A DNA stretch of 64,000 nucleotides from positions 11,964-75,963 of the forward strand of contig CAZXLF010000007.1 of the NCBI GenBank assembly GCA_964642015.1. Reading direction: 5' to 3'. This stretch comes from an uncultured Planctomycetia bacterium (GTDB lineage: Bacteria; Omnitrophota; Gorgyraeia; 2-02-FULL-51-18). Below, one piece after another: positions 1 to 10,133 of the stretch (position 1 is the stretch's first letter; every line of letters begins with the position of its first letter). The notes under the pieces were generated by a model. The model was not told where the DNA came from, searched no databases, and saw only the letters and a program-made list of their open reading frames with translations. The position numbers and the translations under genes are program-made.

Positions 1-527
1 TCTTTGAAGCCAACTCCGTAGCCAGCGAACGGGTAAAGGAATTTATCGCTCCTTTGGACGCCGCATAATTCGCCTGGCCAAAACCGCCTAGGTCCGCAAC
101 AACCGAGGAAATATTGATGATCCTTCCGCCGCCCTGCATGACCATCTGTCTGGCGACCGCCTTGCAAAATAAATAAACGCTTCCAAGATTGGTATCGATC
201 ACTTCCGACCAATCTTCATCCGGCATCGTCAAAAAAAGTCCGTCGGATATGATGCCGGCGTTATTCACCAGAATATCTAAAGAGCTTTCCTTCTCAAGGA
301 TCTGTTCGATCGTCTTCTCGACGTCTTCTTTCTTCCGGGCATCACAGGCTAAAAAAAAGACTTGGCCCGTCTTACCGGCCGATCGAGCGACTGCTTCAGC
401 ATCCGCTTTCGAGGAATGATAGGTAAAATAAACCTTCGCCCCTTCATTTGCAAAACGCCTGACGATCGCAGCACCTATTCCGCGCGAACCTCCGGTGACT
501 AAGACGACTTTACCCTGGAATTTCATA
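1..527 (-). CDS. 3-oxoacyl-ACP reductase-like short-chain dehydrogenase (FabG-like), 3' part truncated by the window edge
   Basis: The reverse-complement translation from the ATG at 527 reads MKFQGKVVLVTGGSRGIGAAIVRRFANEGAKVYFTYHSS... NNAG ... YAASKG. This gives a TGxxxGxG Rossmann motif, an NNAG motif and a YxxxK catalytic motif. The ORF runs off position 1 and is not in the supplied track. Confidence 0.8.
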
Positions 528-966
528 CTTGCGTCAAAGCCAACGTGGCCGTCAAAGTCTTTCCAAAAGGCGGAGCCATCAGATCGATACGACCGTCAAA
601 AAAATTCTTTGTAGCCTCGCGCCTTAATAAACGGACCGAAACCTTAAGCTGGGTACCCGGCTTCACGAACTGCCCGAAACGTGCTTCTTCAACGTCGGTC
701 AACCGGTATTTTTTGTCACCGGAACCGTCCGATAAGTGAAGAAGCGATACCGCCGCTTGTTTTACTGTCTCCAGGAGCAACACTCCCGGCATTACAGGAA
801 AATTTTTGAAATGGTCCTTTAAAAACTCTTCCTTGCCAGTCAGAGTGTAATAAGCCGTTAAACTATCGTCCTTTTTAAACTCTGCGACTTTATCAATAAA
901 GCCGAAAATGCTCAAAAAAAGGTACCCTCTATGCCATATAACGTGTTGGCAAATATAGTGTAACAA
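523..966 (-). CDS. FabZ/FabA-like hotdog 3-hydroxyacyl-ACP dehydratase; the true start is probably downstream of 966
   Basis: The translation contains HFKNFPVMPGVLLLETVKQA, which matches the FabZ active-site region HFPGxPVMPGVLxxEAxAQ. The stop overlaps the FabG-like start by 4 nt. Confidence 0.7.
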   Translation of the reverse strand: MLHYICQHVIWHRGYLFLSIFGFIDKVAEFKKDDSLTAYYTLTGKEEFLKDHFKNFPVMPGVLLLETVKQAAVSLLHLSDGSGDKKYRLTDVEEARFGQFVKPGTQLKVSVRLLRREATKNFFDGRIDLMAPPFGKTLTATLALTQV

Positions 967-1002
967 TATAGCAGAACCGGCCTAAAATGCCAAGCGCCCT
1001 TT

Positions 1003-1770
1003 TTAAGCACGACGCTCGGCTCTAAGGTCACGTACCGGATTACCTCCCCAGATGCCTTTTGGAGGGATCTTAGTACCTTTTGGCAGGAAACTGCATGGTG
1101 AGATCGAAGCTCCGTCTCCTATTTCACAATCCGGCATGATCACCGAGCCCAAACCGATAGAAACATTATTTCCTATCTTTGTAGGGGCAAGTCTTATGAA
1201 GCCTCTCTCCGAAGCATGGCAGATCAGAGCGACTCCTCCGCCGATCAAAACATTATTGCCTATCTCAAGCATGGATAAGTCGGCTAAACCGGCAGTGTTG
1301 ATATTAACTCCCTCACCGACTTTTGCACCCATTAGGCGATAGAAAAGCGTTTGGAAGGGTGAAAGTCTTAAAACATCCAGAAAAGCGCTGTTGGCCAATA
1401 AGATCAAACTGTTATAACCCATCCACCTGAGACATTCTTTGGAATGGATAGTATAGAGTCCCGGCGCTATCTTAAAACCGAAGAAATTTTTCGCTAAAAC
1501 GCAGAAAAATATAAGTGCCGTTCCAAAAATGAAGTAACCGAACGCGATCGAAAAAGATAAAGCCAGGATCTTCATCCACAGCGGATAAATAGCCATGACC
1601 TTCCATAGGCCGAAAAAGAAAAAAAGCATCGGGAAAAGACTGAATGCCAGCACCCCTATTGCCAAAAAATGCAAGAACCATATCCACAATCCGAAGCGTG
1701 TAGCTTCCCATTGGGCGCGTTTTGCCTTTTCTTCCTTGGTTTCCATGCGCCACATCTTAACATATTTCAC
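1003..1770 (-). CDS. membrane-anchored hexapeptide-repeat (left-handed beta-helix) acyltransferase
   Basis: The N-terminal 120 aa are hydrophobic with multiple TM segments. The C-terminal half carries imperfect [LIV]GxxxxI hexapeptide repeats (NVLIGGGVALI, NVSIGLGSVIM, CEIGDGASIS). Confidence 0.7.
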   Translation of the reverse strand: MKYVKMWRMETKEEKAKRAQWEATRFGLWIWFLHFLAIGVLAFSLFPMLFFFFGLWKVMAIYPLWMKILALSFSIAFGYFIFGTALIFFCVLAKNFFGFKIAPGLYTIHSKECLRWMGYNSLILLANSAFLDVLRLSPFQTLFYRLMGAKVGEGVNINTAGLADLSMLEIGNNVLIGGGVALICHASERGFIRLAPTKIGNNVSIGLGSVIMPDCEIGDGASISPCSFLPKGTKIPPKGIWGGNPVRDLRAERRA

Positions 1771-1810
1771 TGCTTGCTTCTATTTTCCAATGATGATAAA
1801 TTAACCATTT

Positions 1811-2560
1811 ATGAAAACTAAAGAAAGATGCATATTCATCAGCGGGGGTTCGCGGGGCATCGGCAAAGCGATCTCGCTTTCCCAGGCTGAAAAAGGCACA
1901 ACGCTCTTCGTGAACTATCTGCGCGATGACGAATCCGCTTCAAAATTCAAAAAAGAAGCCGAGAAAAAAGGCGCAAAAGTTCATCTTCTGCCGGGCAATA
2001 TTGGCGACCCGGATACCATTCTCTCGATATTCAAATCGATCCATGAAAAAACAAATCATCTGGACGTGCTGATCCACAATGCCGCATTAGGAGTATTCAA
2101 ACCCGTCTACCAACTGCGCGAAAAGGACTGGGATATTTCACTGGACGTGAACGCCAAAGCGCTTCTATTCTTAAGTCAATCCGCACTACCGCTGATGAAA
2201 AATCACGGCGGCAAGATCATCGCCATTTCAAGTCTGGGTTCCAATCATTTCACGCCCAACTACGGAGCGATCGGCATTTCAAAAGCGGCTTTGGAATCCT
2301 TAGTAAGATATCTGGCTGTGGAGTTCGCTCCTCACAAGATCCATGTCAATGCGGTAAGCGGAGGCCTTATCGAAACGGATTCTCTGAAAATGTTCCCTGA
2401 ATTCCATGAAATGAAAAAGGAGTTTTTGCGCCACACGCCTGGAGGCCGTCTGGGAACGCCCGAAGACATCGCGAAAGTAGTATCATTCCTGCTGAGCCCA
2501 AATTCCGACTGGGTGTACGGACAGACGCTGATCGCCGACGGTGGCTATTCTCTCTTTTAA
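1811..2560 (+). CDS. SDR-family oxidoreductase (enoyl/ketoacyl reductase-like)
   Basis: ISGGSRGIGKAI matches the TGxxxGIG motif, NAA is present, and YGAIGISKAALE gives the YxxxK motif. Length 249 aa. Confidence 0.8.
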   Translation: MKTKERCIFISGGSRGIGKAISLSQAEKGTTLFVNYLRDDESASKFKKEAEKKGAKVHLLPGNIGDPDTILSIFKSIHEKTNHLDVLIHNAALGVFKPVYQLREKDWDISLDVNAKALLFLSQSALPLMKNHGGKIIAISSLGSNHFTPNYGAIGISKAALESLVRYLAVEFAPHKIHVNAVSGGLIETDSLKMFPEFHEMKKEFLRHTPGGRLGTPEDIAKVVSFLLSPNSDWVYGQTLIADGGYSLF

Positions 2561-3716
2561 TTTCCTCGTAACCGCTTCATTGATCTTCATCTTTTTAACT
2601 TGGTTGAAACGGATCATCTGGATGGCTCTTTTCCGAAAAGCGCATCCTCCTCTCACACCGATCCAAAGATACGTTTCCGGCCTTCCGAAAGTCTCGGTGA
2701 TCATTCCCGCGAAGAACGAAGAAAAGAATATTTCAAATGTCCTGATCCATCTTTTCAGGCAGAATTACAAAAATTTTGAGATCATCGTCGTCGATGACCG
2801 GTCAAACGACAAAACGCCTCATCTGCTTGAAAATTTTAAAAAATTATCCCCGGTAGACTTTAAAATCATTAGAATCGAAAAACTTCCGGAGGGTTGGACA
2901 GGAAAAAATTACGCGATGTTCACCGGTTCAAAATCGGCTACCGGAGAATGGCTGCTTTTCACAGACGCAGACACCACCCACAAACCGGAAAGCATAACGA
3001 CAGCTTTGTCATGCGCCATGGAAAATAAGATCGATTTTCTGACCTTGGCACCTGAAGTGGAATCACGCACGTTCTGGGAAAAAACTGTACAACCTCTGGC
3101 GATCTCAAGTCTGGCACTTTGGTTCCAGTCCGACAAAGTGAATGATCCTAAAAGCGGTGTGACACTCGCGAACGGCCAGTTTCTCCTTATACGGAAGGAA
3201 ATTTATGAAAAAACCGGCGGCAACGAATCCGTAAAAAATGAAGTAGTTGAAGATGTGGAATTGGCGAAAAAAATCCGTGAAAATGGTTTTACGGTACAGT
3301 TTTTGAACGGGACAAGTATCTATTCAACGCGCATGTACAGCTCTCTGAAGGAGATCCGCATTGGTTGGACAAGGATATTCACGTATCTTTTTAATAAAAA
3401 CATCCCATCGATCGCTCACAAGATCACATTATTTTTATTTTTTTCGCTTTTACCTTTCGCCGTTTTACTGTCGGAAAAGATATTTTTTATACTCAAATCG
3501 CCCCACTTCAGCATGAAACTTCTTATTTTAAGCGGGATCGTATCCTTATGGATCGTTCTGATACGCTCTATCGGTAATAAAATATTAAAAACCAGCCCTT
3601 GGTATGCATTCCTCCATCCGCTGGGATCCTTGGTGATGATCTGGATCCTTTCAGCATGCATCGGAAGAATAATCTTCAACCAGCCCTCCGCTTGGCGCGG
3701 AGATCTTCATCAATAG
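2541..3716 (+). CDS. family 2 glycosyltransferase with flanking TM segments
   Basis: VSVIIPAKNEE...IIVVDDRSNDKT...FTDADT carry the GT2 DxD/DAD signature. The N- and C-termini are hydrophobic. The start may be the internal Met near 2622. Confidence 0.75.
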   Translation: MAILSFNFLVTASLIFIFLTWLKRIIWMALFRKAHPPLTPIQRYVSGLPKVSVIIPAKNEEKNISNVLIHLFRQNYKNFEIIVVDDRSNDKTPHLLENFKKLSPVDFKIIRIEKLPEGWTGKNYAMFTGSKSATGEWLLFTDADTTHKPESITTALSCAMENKIDFLTLAPEVESRTFWEKTVQPLAISSLALWFQSDKVNDPKSGVTLANGQFLLIRKEIYEKTGGNESVKNEVVEDVELAKKIRENGFTVQFLNGTSIYSTRMYSSLKEIRIGWTRIFTYLFNKNIPSIAHKITLFLFFSLLPFAVLLSEKIFFILKSPHFSMKLLILSGIVSLWIVLIRSIGNKILKTSPWYAFLHPLGSLVMIWILSACIGRIIFNQPSAWRGDLHQ

Positions 3717-3738
3717 AACAAACTTACTTTAATAAACG

Positions 3739-5658
3739 TTATTTCGTTGAACGCGTAGCCTGGTTGGATGACCGCGTTAATTCTTCGATCTTTCTGACAT
3801 TTTCCCGGATCTGGTCATCATGAGGATCTATCTTCAAAACTTCTTCCCATATAGCTTTTGCTTCCAGAAGCCTTCCCGAATTTCCATAAAGAGAACCGAG
3901 ATTTTTCATGACCGGTACTGAACCGGGATATTTCTTAAGATATTCCAGGAATGTTTTTTCGGCATGAGGAATATCTCCTGTTTCGGCGTAAGCAAGCCCC
4001 AGATTAGGCAATATGTAGTCAACAAGAGGGTTGCAAATCAGCCCTTGATTGTACATTTTAATGGCCTGTCCGAAATCTTGCTTCCTGAAATACCAGTTAC
4101 CTAAGGAGACCGCTGTTTCCCATAGACCAGGATCTAAACGCAAAGCCTTGATGTAAGCCTCATGAGCTTCATCAAGTTTACTTTCGTTCTCAAAGCAAAT
4201 GCCGAGATTATGCCAAGCTTTCGCGTAGTTTGGATTCAATGAGATCGCCTTTTTGAAATATCCCTCCGCTTTCGACCGTTCATTCAGCATATTATAGACA
4301 ATTCCCAGATTATTAAATGCTTCAAAGTCATCGGGTCTGATCAGCAAAGCGGCCCGGTAATCGGCGATGGCTTCGTTGAATCTTTTCTGAGCCTTGAATT
4401 CATTACCGCGGTTAAGATAAGCCGTTTCGGCCCTAGGATAATTTTTCAAAACATCCGTCCACAAGGCCAACGTGTTTTTCCAGACCTGACATCGCTGCCA
4501 GGTCAAATAAAAGCAGGCGCTCGAATAAGAGATGAGAAGTATAGAAACAACTAGGCTCAAAAAAGCGGATCTTTTTTGATAAAGATACCAAAGTAATTCT
4601 CCCATCAGATAAAAAATGCCGATGGAAGGAATGTAAGTATAACGATCAAAAACGACGCAGGGATTGATAGGGATCAATTCAATAGCCGGTATAACCGTGA
4701 ATAAAAAAAATAAACCTCCAAAAAGGACTTTTTTCGAATATTTAGACAATCGATGAACAACAATGATCAAAATCATGAGAAAGCTTGGCGAAGCAAGATA
4801 CAATGCGGGGAGCAAATTTCCTGTTTTTTTAGGAAAGGGATAAAAACAAGAGAGTTTCAACGGTATAAATATTTTATAAAGGTAAAAAAGAGGCGCATAG
4901 GCGGCATAGAAAAGATTATCCCAAGTAAAAAAGCCGGCATTATTCATGTGCAGGATATTTCCGCGCTGTCCCTCGATGCCCAACAAGCCGAAAAAAAGAG
5001 CGGTGATGAAAAATGGGCTTTTTTCAAATAGGTGTTTTTTAACAAAACGATCTTCTTCCAAAAAATCGAAAAGCAATAAAACCAAAGGTAAAGTGATCCC
5101 GCTCGGTTTCGTCATAAGTGACAAAATGAAAAAAATGAAGCAAATGCCGTAATATTTTTTCCCGCCTGTCCTTCGATAAGCAAGATAAGCGGCGATCGAT
5201 CCCAGAAAGAAAAAAGAACAAAGCACATCTTTTCTTTCTGTCACCCAAGCGACGGACTCCACATGCATCGGATGGATCCCGAACAATAAAGCGGTGAAAA
5301 CACAAACAAAGAGATTTTCCGTCAGAAAGGATACGATCCAAAAAACCAATAAACAGTTCAAAAGGTGAAAAATCAAATTAGTCGCGTGATAAGCAAGAGG
5401 GTTGAACCCAAAAAAATGATATTCAATGCTGTAGGAAAATAGAAAACACGGCTGATACATGTAACGGAAGAATGAACTGAAGATGTGCCACACATTACCA
5501 AAAGATAATGTTCGTATGAGCGGATTTTCTAGAAGATTAAAGCCGTCATCCCAACTGACAAAACCATTCTTTAATGAAGGGACGTAATTTAAAACTGTAA
5601 TGAAAAGAACTGTGAATAAAAAAAAGACATATTTAATATCTTTTTTTTGGCCGGTCAA
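3739..5658 (-). CDS. TMTC-like polytopic membrane protein (PMT_2/DUF1736-like N-terminal domain) with a C-terminal TPR array
   Basis: The N-terminal ~400 aa are rich in F/Y/L TM helices. The C-terminal ~230 aa carry repeated TPR signatures (AxxxxGxxYxxxxxYxxAxxxYxxAL). Confidence 0.7.
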   Translation of the reverse strand: MTGQKKDIKYVFFLFTVLFITVLNYVPSLKNGFVSWDDGFNLLENPLIRTLSFGNVWHIFSSFFRYMYQPCFLFSYSIEYHFFGFNPLAYHATNLIFHLLNCLLVFWIVSFLTENLFVCVFTALLFGIHPMHVESVAWVTERKDVLCSFFFLGSIAAYLAYRRTGGKKYYGICFIFFILSLMTKPSGITLPLVLLLFDFLEEDRFVKKHLFEKSPFFITALFFGLLGIEGQRGNILHMNNAGFFTWDNLFYAAYAPLFYLYKIFIPLKLSCFYPFPKKTGNLLPALYLASPSFLMILIIVVHRLSKYSKKVLFGGLFFLFTVIPAIELIPINPCVVFDRYTYIPSIGIFYLMGELLWYLYQKRSAFLSLVVSILLISYSSACFYLTWQRCQVWKNTLALWTDVLKNYPRAETAYLNRGNEFKAQKRFNEAIADYRAALLIRPDDFEAFNNLGIVYNMLNERSKAEGYFKKAISLNPNYAKAWHNLGICFENESKLDEAHEAYIKALRLDPGLWETAVSLGNWYFRKQDFGQAIKMYNQGLICNPLVDYILPNLGLAYAETGDIPHAEKTFLEYLKKYPGSVPVMKNLGSLYGNSGRLLEAKAIWEEVLKIDPHDDQIRENVRKIEELTRSSNQATRSTK

Positions 5659-5701
5659 ACAGATACTCTAAATCTTAAGATGCAAAACGCGTATAGACTC
5701 A

Positions 5702-6253
5702 TCACTTCGTCGTCCAACTCCCGTCCGCGTTTTGAACGGGTGTACCGCTCGAAAGACGCTCACGAAGCTTTTCAGCATAAATTTTTTGGACTTGATCGAC
5801 CGACGATTGACGTTTTGCGGCGATCGACCGGTAAATGATCATGCGATCATTATTCTCATCGTTCATCAATTGGCTCGCACGAGCGTCACCCGCACCGCGC
5901 ATCACGACAAGTGCTGCATTGCTTTCCCCTAAGATGCCTTTGGATTCCAAGGAAGACAATTCGGCACGGCGGTCACGGCGGCGGTAAGCCGCCTCTTTCG
6001 ATTCAGGGCTCCAGCTATCTTCGTCCGCATATGCGTTAGGAATAATAAGTGCGCTGAGATCTTTTTTTCCGCTGTCTTTTCCTGAAACGATATTTTCAAT
6101 ATCATCCGCGTCCTTTGCGACATGTTGATAAACATCGAGGCGCATGGAAATATCCATCTTGATGGGATCTTTCGGCGCTTCTACTTGTACGCGTGCGCAA
6201 CCGACCATAACAACAAACAAACCCGCAAGCATCCAACTGACTTTTCTTGTCAT
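5702..6253 (-). CDS. YdbL-like (DUF1318) periplasmic lipoprotein
   Basis: The lipobox is VVMVGC after an MTRK... signal. The C-terminal region GILGESNAALVV...IAAKRQSSVDQVQKIYAEKL...DGSWTTK matches the DUF1318/YdbL pattern. Start placed at the internal Met to avoid overlap with the upstream gene. Confidence 0.55.
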   Translation of the reverse strand: MTRKVSWMLAGLFVVMVGCARVQVEAPKDPIKMDISMRLDVYQHVAKDADDIENIVSGKDSGKKDLSALIIPNAYADEDSWSPESKEAAYRRRDRRAELSSLESKGILGESNAALVVMRGAGDARASQLMNDENNDRMIIYRSIAAKRQSSVDQVQKIYAEKLRERLSSGTPVQNADGSWTTK

Positions 6254-6266
6254 CCCATCCTCCATT

Positions 6267-7349
6267 TCAAAGCAGATCGTGCAGTTTGATCTCAAAATCA
6301 CGTTTGCCCTTTTGTCCGTTAAGGTTCACTAAAAAATTGATGTCATGTCCTTCCATTGCCAGCGATAAAGCTGCGGTATCAAAATGATATTCTTTAAAAC
6401 CCGCTTCAACAAGTTCGATAGGCTGATGGACATTCTGCGCCAGATAATTGAGGAAATCCTGATCTTGGATCACAAGATCTCCGCCTTTTTCCGAAGCGGA
6501 TAGATCGCCTGAAAGCGATTTAAGCCCCGAAAAATCGCCGCTTAGCTTTATTTTACCAGTTAAAAGTCCGTTCGCGGTCATTTTCTTTTGCAACTCGAAA
6601 TCCTTGGTGAATTTATCCATATCCAAGGATAAAAGGTCAAGCGAAGCCTGATAATTGAAGCCATGGGCGATCTCAATGTCGCATGAACCATTTAAATTTC
6701 CATTCACAAGAGAAGCGGATAATGGTTCTACACGCAAAGAGTCGTTTTGCGCCGTTATCCTGCCTTGAATATTGTCTATCTTCAATTTATTAAAAGTGAG
6801 CTTTTCGATCGACAGATGACCATCACTATTTTTTGGTATATTGATGATCACATTCTCCAAAGAAAGATCCCCCGTTTTTATAAAAGATGCCGAAATATCT
6901 ACCGAATGGATCTTTCTTTTCAATAGGTCTACATCAAGAGAGCCGTGCATTTTTAAAATGAAATCAAACGCCGTGCAATCAATATCCAAATTATGGATCT
7001 CGATAGCACGAAGAAAAGTATGATTCAAAAAATCGTTATTTGAAGTGCCGTTTTTTCGGGACCATGCTTTAGGTATTGCGTTTATTTTGATATGAGGATC
7101 TTCGAAAATAATTTTCAAGTCTGGATTAAGCATCGATCTTTTGACCGAGATCTCATAAGATGGATTTTTGATATCCACATTCGAGAAAATAAGCGCAGGA
7201 GGTAATGCGGTCGTGACCGATCCTATGGAAACATGAGCATCTTTGAAAAAATGCCGGAATCTGACTTGAGCATAGGATTTGATAGCTAACGGCACCGAAA
7301 ACGCAAAAAATAACAAGATAAGAAAAAATATAGCGATCTTTTTCAACAT
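6267..7349 (-). CDS. secreted/anchored protein of unknown function, possibly a short AsmA/YdbH-like protein
   Basis: It has an N-terminal signal/anchor (MLKKIAIFFLILLFFAFSVPLA) and a beta-rich Asn/Asp/Ser/Leu composition. It sits immediately upstream of a YdbL-like gene, as ydbH does in E. coli. Confidence 0.4.
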   Translation of the reverse strand: MLKKIAIFFLILLFFAFSVPLAIKSYAQVRFRHFFKDAHVSIGSVTTALPPALIFSNVDIKNPSYEISVKRSMLNPDLKIIFEDPHIKINAIPKAWSRKNGTSNNDFLNHTFLRAIEIHNLDIDCTAFDFILKMHGSLDVDLLKRKIHSVDISASFIKTGDLSLENVIINIPKNSDGHLSIEKLTFNKLKIDNIQGRITAQNDSLRVEPLSASLVNGNLNGSCDIEIAHGFNYQASLDLLSLDMDKFTKDFELQKKMTANGLLTGKIKLSGDFSGLKSLSGDLSASEKGGDLVIQDQDFLNYLAQNVHQPIELVEAGFKEYHFDTAALSLAMEGHDINFLVNLNGQKGKRDFEIKLHDLL

Positions 7350-7350
7350 A

Positions 7351-9594
7351 TCAATATCGCCTGGCTGTGTTTTTCTTCACAGGCCCGGAAGATTTCCTCA
7401 TGGATAAAGATATCCGGTTGCGTGCGGTATCGATCTCTAAAACCTTCACGCGGACCACTTGACCGGTCCGCACAACCGTATGCGGATCTTTGATAAACTC
7501 ATCCGCAAGCTCTGAAATATGCACTAAACCGTCCTGATGAACTCCGATGTCAACGAATGCGCCGAAATTGGCTACATTCGTGATCGTGCCCTCAAGCATC
7601 ATGCCGGGCTTTAGATCCGCCAAATTATTAACATCGTCTTTGAATGTGGCTGTTTTGAACTCCGGCCTTGGATCGCGGCTAGGTTTTTCCAACTCCTGAA
7701 GAATATCTTGGACTGTCGGCAAACCCACTGTTTCCGAAACAAATTCTTCCGGCTTTAAAGAAGATAAGAGATTTTCATTGCCCATTAATTCATTGATCTT
7801 CTTTTGCGTTTTTTCCAAGATGTGTTCCACCACCGCATAAGACTCCGGATGAACGGCTGAACAATCCAAAGGATTTTCACTGTTCCTTATCCTTAAAAAC
7901 CCGGCCGCTTGCTCAAAAGTTCTGGGCCCGAATTCAGGAGCGGTCAAAAATTCCATGCGGTTCTTAAAAAGGCCGTTTTTTTCGCGGTGGGCGATCAAAT
8001 TTTCAGCAGCAGAACGGCTAAGGCCTGACACATAAGACAAAAGAGATGCCGAAGCCGTATTCACGTCGACGCCGACAGCATTTACGCAGTCTTCGACGAC
8101 AGCGTGCAACATTTTTTCCAATCGGCGCTGGTTTACATCATGCTGGTACTGGCCAACACCGATCGACTTGGGCTCGATCTTGACCAACTCCGCGAGAGGA
8201 TCTTGCAGACGTCTGGCGATCGACACAGCGCCTCTCAATGTCACGTCAAGAGTAGGATGTTCTTTGGAAGCAAGTTCTGAAGCGGAATAAACCGACGCAC
8301 CGGCTTCAGAAACCACAACTTTAATGACTTTTAGATCCGGATTTTGTTTCAAGACATCGATCACCAGCTTGTCTGTTTCGCGAGAGGCCGTACCATTTCC
8401 AATGGCGATCAACTCAACGCCATATTTTTTAATAGTGGATTCGAGCGCTCTCATCGAGCGCTCACGGTCACCTTCGGGAGGATGCGGGAAAATCGTTCCG
8501 GTGGCTGTGACTTTACCGGCTTCATTCACAACCGCGACTTTTACGCCTGTTCGATAACCGGGATCAAGTCCCATCGTCACACGAGGCCCGGCCGGTGAAG
8601 CTAATAGTAGATTTCTCAAATTTTCAGCGAACACACGTATCGCTTCTTCGTCCGCTTTTTCCCGCAGTTCGCTCAAAATATCGATCTCAAATCGCAGCTT
8701 CAGACGGTATTTCCAAGTCTGTCTGGCTGTTTCAAAAAGCCACGTGTCAGCCGCGCGACGATTCAGCGATAAATTGAAATGTCTAAGGATGATCTGGATA
8801 TAATCATTGTCCGTATCGATCTTTTCGTCTCGGTAATCTGAATAACCGTCGGTGGTAAATGAAAGATCCAGCACATTTTCTTTTCGTCCGCGCAAAAGCG
8901 CCAATAAGCGATGAGAACGGATCTCTTTGACAGGTTCACGATGATTAAAATAATCCGAAAATTTTTCCGCTTCGGGATTTGACTCTTTGTCATCACGCCT
9001 TTTGGAAACGATCCACGCCTCGTTCCAATATTTGGCGCGAAGCCTACCGTTCAGAGACGCATCTTCTGAAAAACGCTCTTCCAAAATATCCCGGGCTCCG
9101 GAAAGCGCGCTTTTAGCGTCCATGACCGCTTTATCGGGATCCACGTATTCCTTCGCGACAACTTCAGGGTCCAAACTCTGATCGGCCAATAACCTTTCAG
9201 CCAAAGGCCCGAGCCCTTTATCGCGTGCTGCTTGCGCCCTGCTGTTTTTTTTCGGTTTAAAAGGAAGGTAGAGATCCTCAAGTTCTCTCTGAGTCGATGC
9301 TTTTTGTATAGCCGCATTCAAGCTCGGCGTGAGTTTACCTTGATCTTCAAGACTTTGAATTATCTCAATACGCCTCTGCTCAAGGTCCCGGTAAAATTCC
9401 ACACGTTCAGATAACATGCGCAGATGCGTATCTGTCATTCCTCCGGTCGCTTCTTTTCGGTACCTGGCTATGAACGGCACGGTCGCGCCGCTGTCCAATA
9501 ACCGGATAGCCGACCAAACCTGTTCACGCGTGACTGAAAGTTCTTTTGCTAAGATCTGCTCAATGCCTGATTCAGCTTGCTCAGTCTGGGTCAT
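7351..9594 (-). CDS. tex: Tex transcription accessory protein (YqgF/RuvC-like, HhH and C-terminal S1 domains)
   Basis: 747 aa. The C-terminal S1 domain is evident (GMMLEGTITNVANFGAFVDIGVHQDGLVHISELADEFIKDPHTVVRTGQVVRVKVLEID). The N-terminal HTH and YqgF regions have typical Tex length and order. Confidence 0.93.
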   Translation of the reverse strand: MTQTEQAESGIEQILAKELSVTREQVWSAIRLLDSGATVPFIARYRKEATGGMTDTHLRMLSERVEFYRDLEQRRIEIIQSLEDQGKLTPSLNAAIQKASTQRELEDLYLPFKPKKNSRAQAARDKGLGPLAERLLADQSLDPEVVAKEYVDPDKAVMDAKSALSGARDILEERFSEDASLNGRLRAKYWNEAWIVSKRRDDKESNPEAEKFSDYFNHREPVKEIRSHRLLALLRGRKENVLDLSFTTDGYSDYRDEKIDTDNDYIQIILRHFNLSLNRRAADTWLFETARQTWKYRLKLRFEIDILSELREKADEEAIRVFAENLRNLLLASPAGPRVTMGLDPGYRTGVKVAVVNEAGKVTATGTIFPHPPEGDRERSMRALESTIKKYGVELIAIGNGTASRETDKLVIDVLKQNPDLKVIKVVVSEAGASVYSASELASKEHPTLDVTLRGAVSIARRLQDPLAELVKIEPKSIGVGQYQHDVNQRRLEKMLHAVVEDCVNAVGVDVNTASASLLSYVSGLSRSAAENLIAHREKNGLFKNRMEFLTAPEFGPRTFEQAAGFLRIRNSENPLDCSAVHPESYAVVEHILEKTQKKINELMGNENLLSSLKPEEFVSETVGLPTVQDILQELEKPSRDPRPEFKTATFKDDVNNLADLKPGMMLEGTITNVANFGAFVDIGVHQDGLVHISELADEFIKDPHTVVRTGQVVRVKVLEIDTARNRISLSMRKSSGPVKKNTARRY

Positions 9595-9610
9595 TGCTTA
9601 AATAGGGAGG

Positions 9611-9832
9611 TCAAAGTTGGAATTCTTTTCTTTCGGGAAGCGGTTTTTTGACGGTGGTTATCAACTGCGAAATATCATCTATATATTCTCTGGCTTTCTC
9701 GTTGACTTGGTTCCAATAAAACTCAGTATAGCTCTGAATGTCCATCTGTCCTTCATGGACATGCAGATACCAGCCCCAAATATACGTACCAAGAAATATA
9801 CAGACAATAATGGTCAATAGAAAACGCAGCAT
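9611..9832 (-). CDS. small single-TM protein (FtsB/septum-initiator-like architecture of TM plus coiled coil), hypothetical
   Basis: 73 aa with an N-terminal TM segment (LLTIIVCIFLGTYIWGWYL) followed by a charged helical tail. Confidence 0.35.
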   Translation of the reverse strand: MLRFLLTIIVCIFLGTYIWGWYLHVHEGQMDIQSYTEFYWNQVNEKAREYIDDISQLITTVKKPLPERKEFQL

Positions 9833-9853
9833 AAAGCGCCTTTCTCTTGATGG

Positions 9854-10114
9854 TTACCAGTTGCTATTGCCGGATTTTGCGCTGTCATCGGCGGACTTTT
9901 TCATCATCACCTTCACCATGCCCGTTGAGTTAACATGTGAAAAATTTTTCACCGCGTCGAACTGTCGAGTTTCCGATCCTGGATAATATTTACTCTGCAC
10001 AAAATTGATGATCAAAGCTGTCACCACAAATGCCATCATCAAAAATAAAAAAACAGGGCCTATCTTCAGCAATGCTTCGTAGAATGGCCCTCTGGGATTC
10101 CGACCCATTAGCAT
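9854..10114 (-). CDS. small membrane protein, hypothetical
   Basis: 86 aa with one TM helix (IGPVFLFLMMAFVVTALIINFV) and a hydrophilic C-terminus. Confidence 0.35.
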   Translation of the reverse strand: MLMGRNPRGPFYEALLKIGPVFLFLMMAFVVTALIINFVQSKYYPGSETRQFDAVKNFSHVNSTGMVKVMMKKSADDSAKSGNSNW

Positions 10115-10133
10115 GATCTCGTCCGATCAAAAA

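Noticed and set aside
1052-1342. A 96-aa plus-strand ORF overlapping the hexapeptide acyltransferase gene.
   Set aside because: It is fully embedded antisense in a CDS with clear hexapeptide repeats and has no RBS or conserved motifs.
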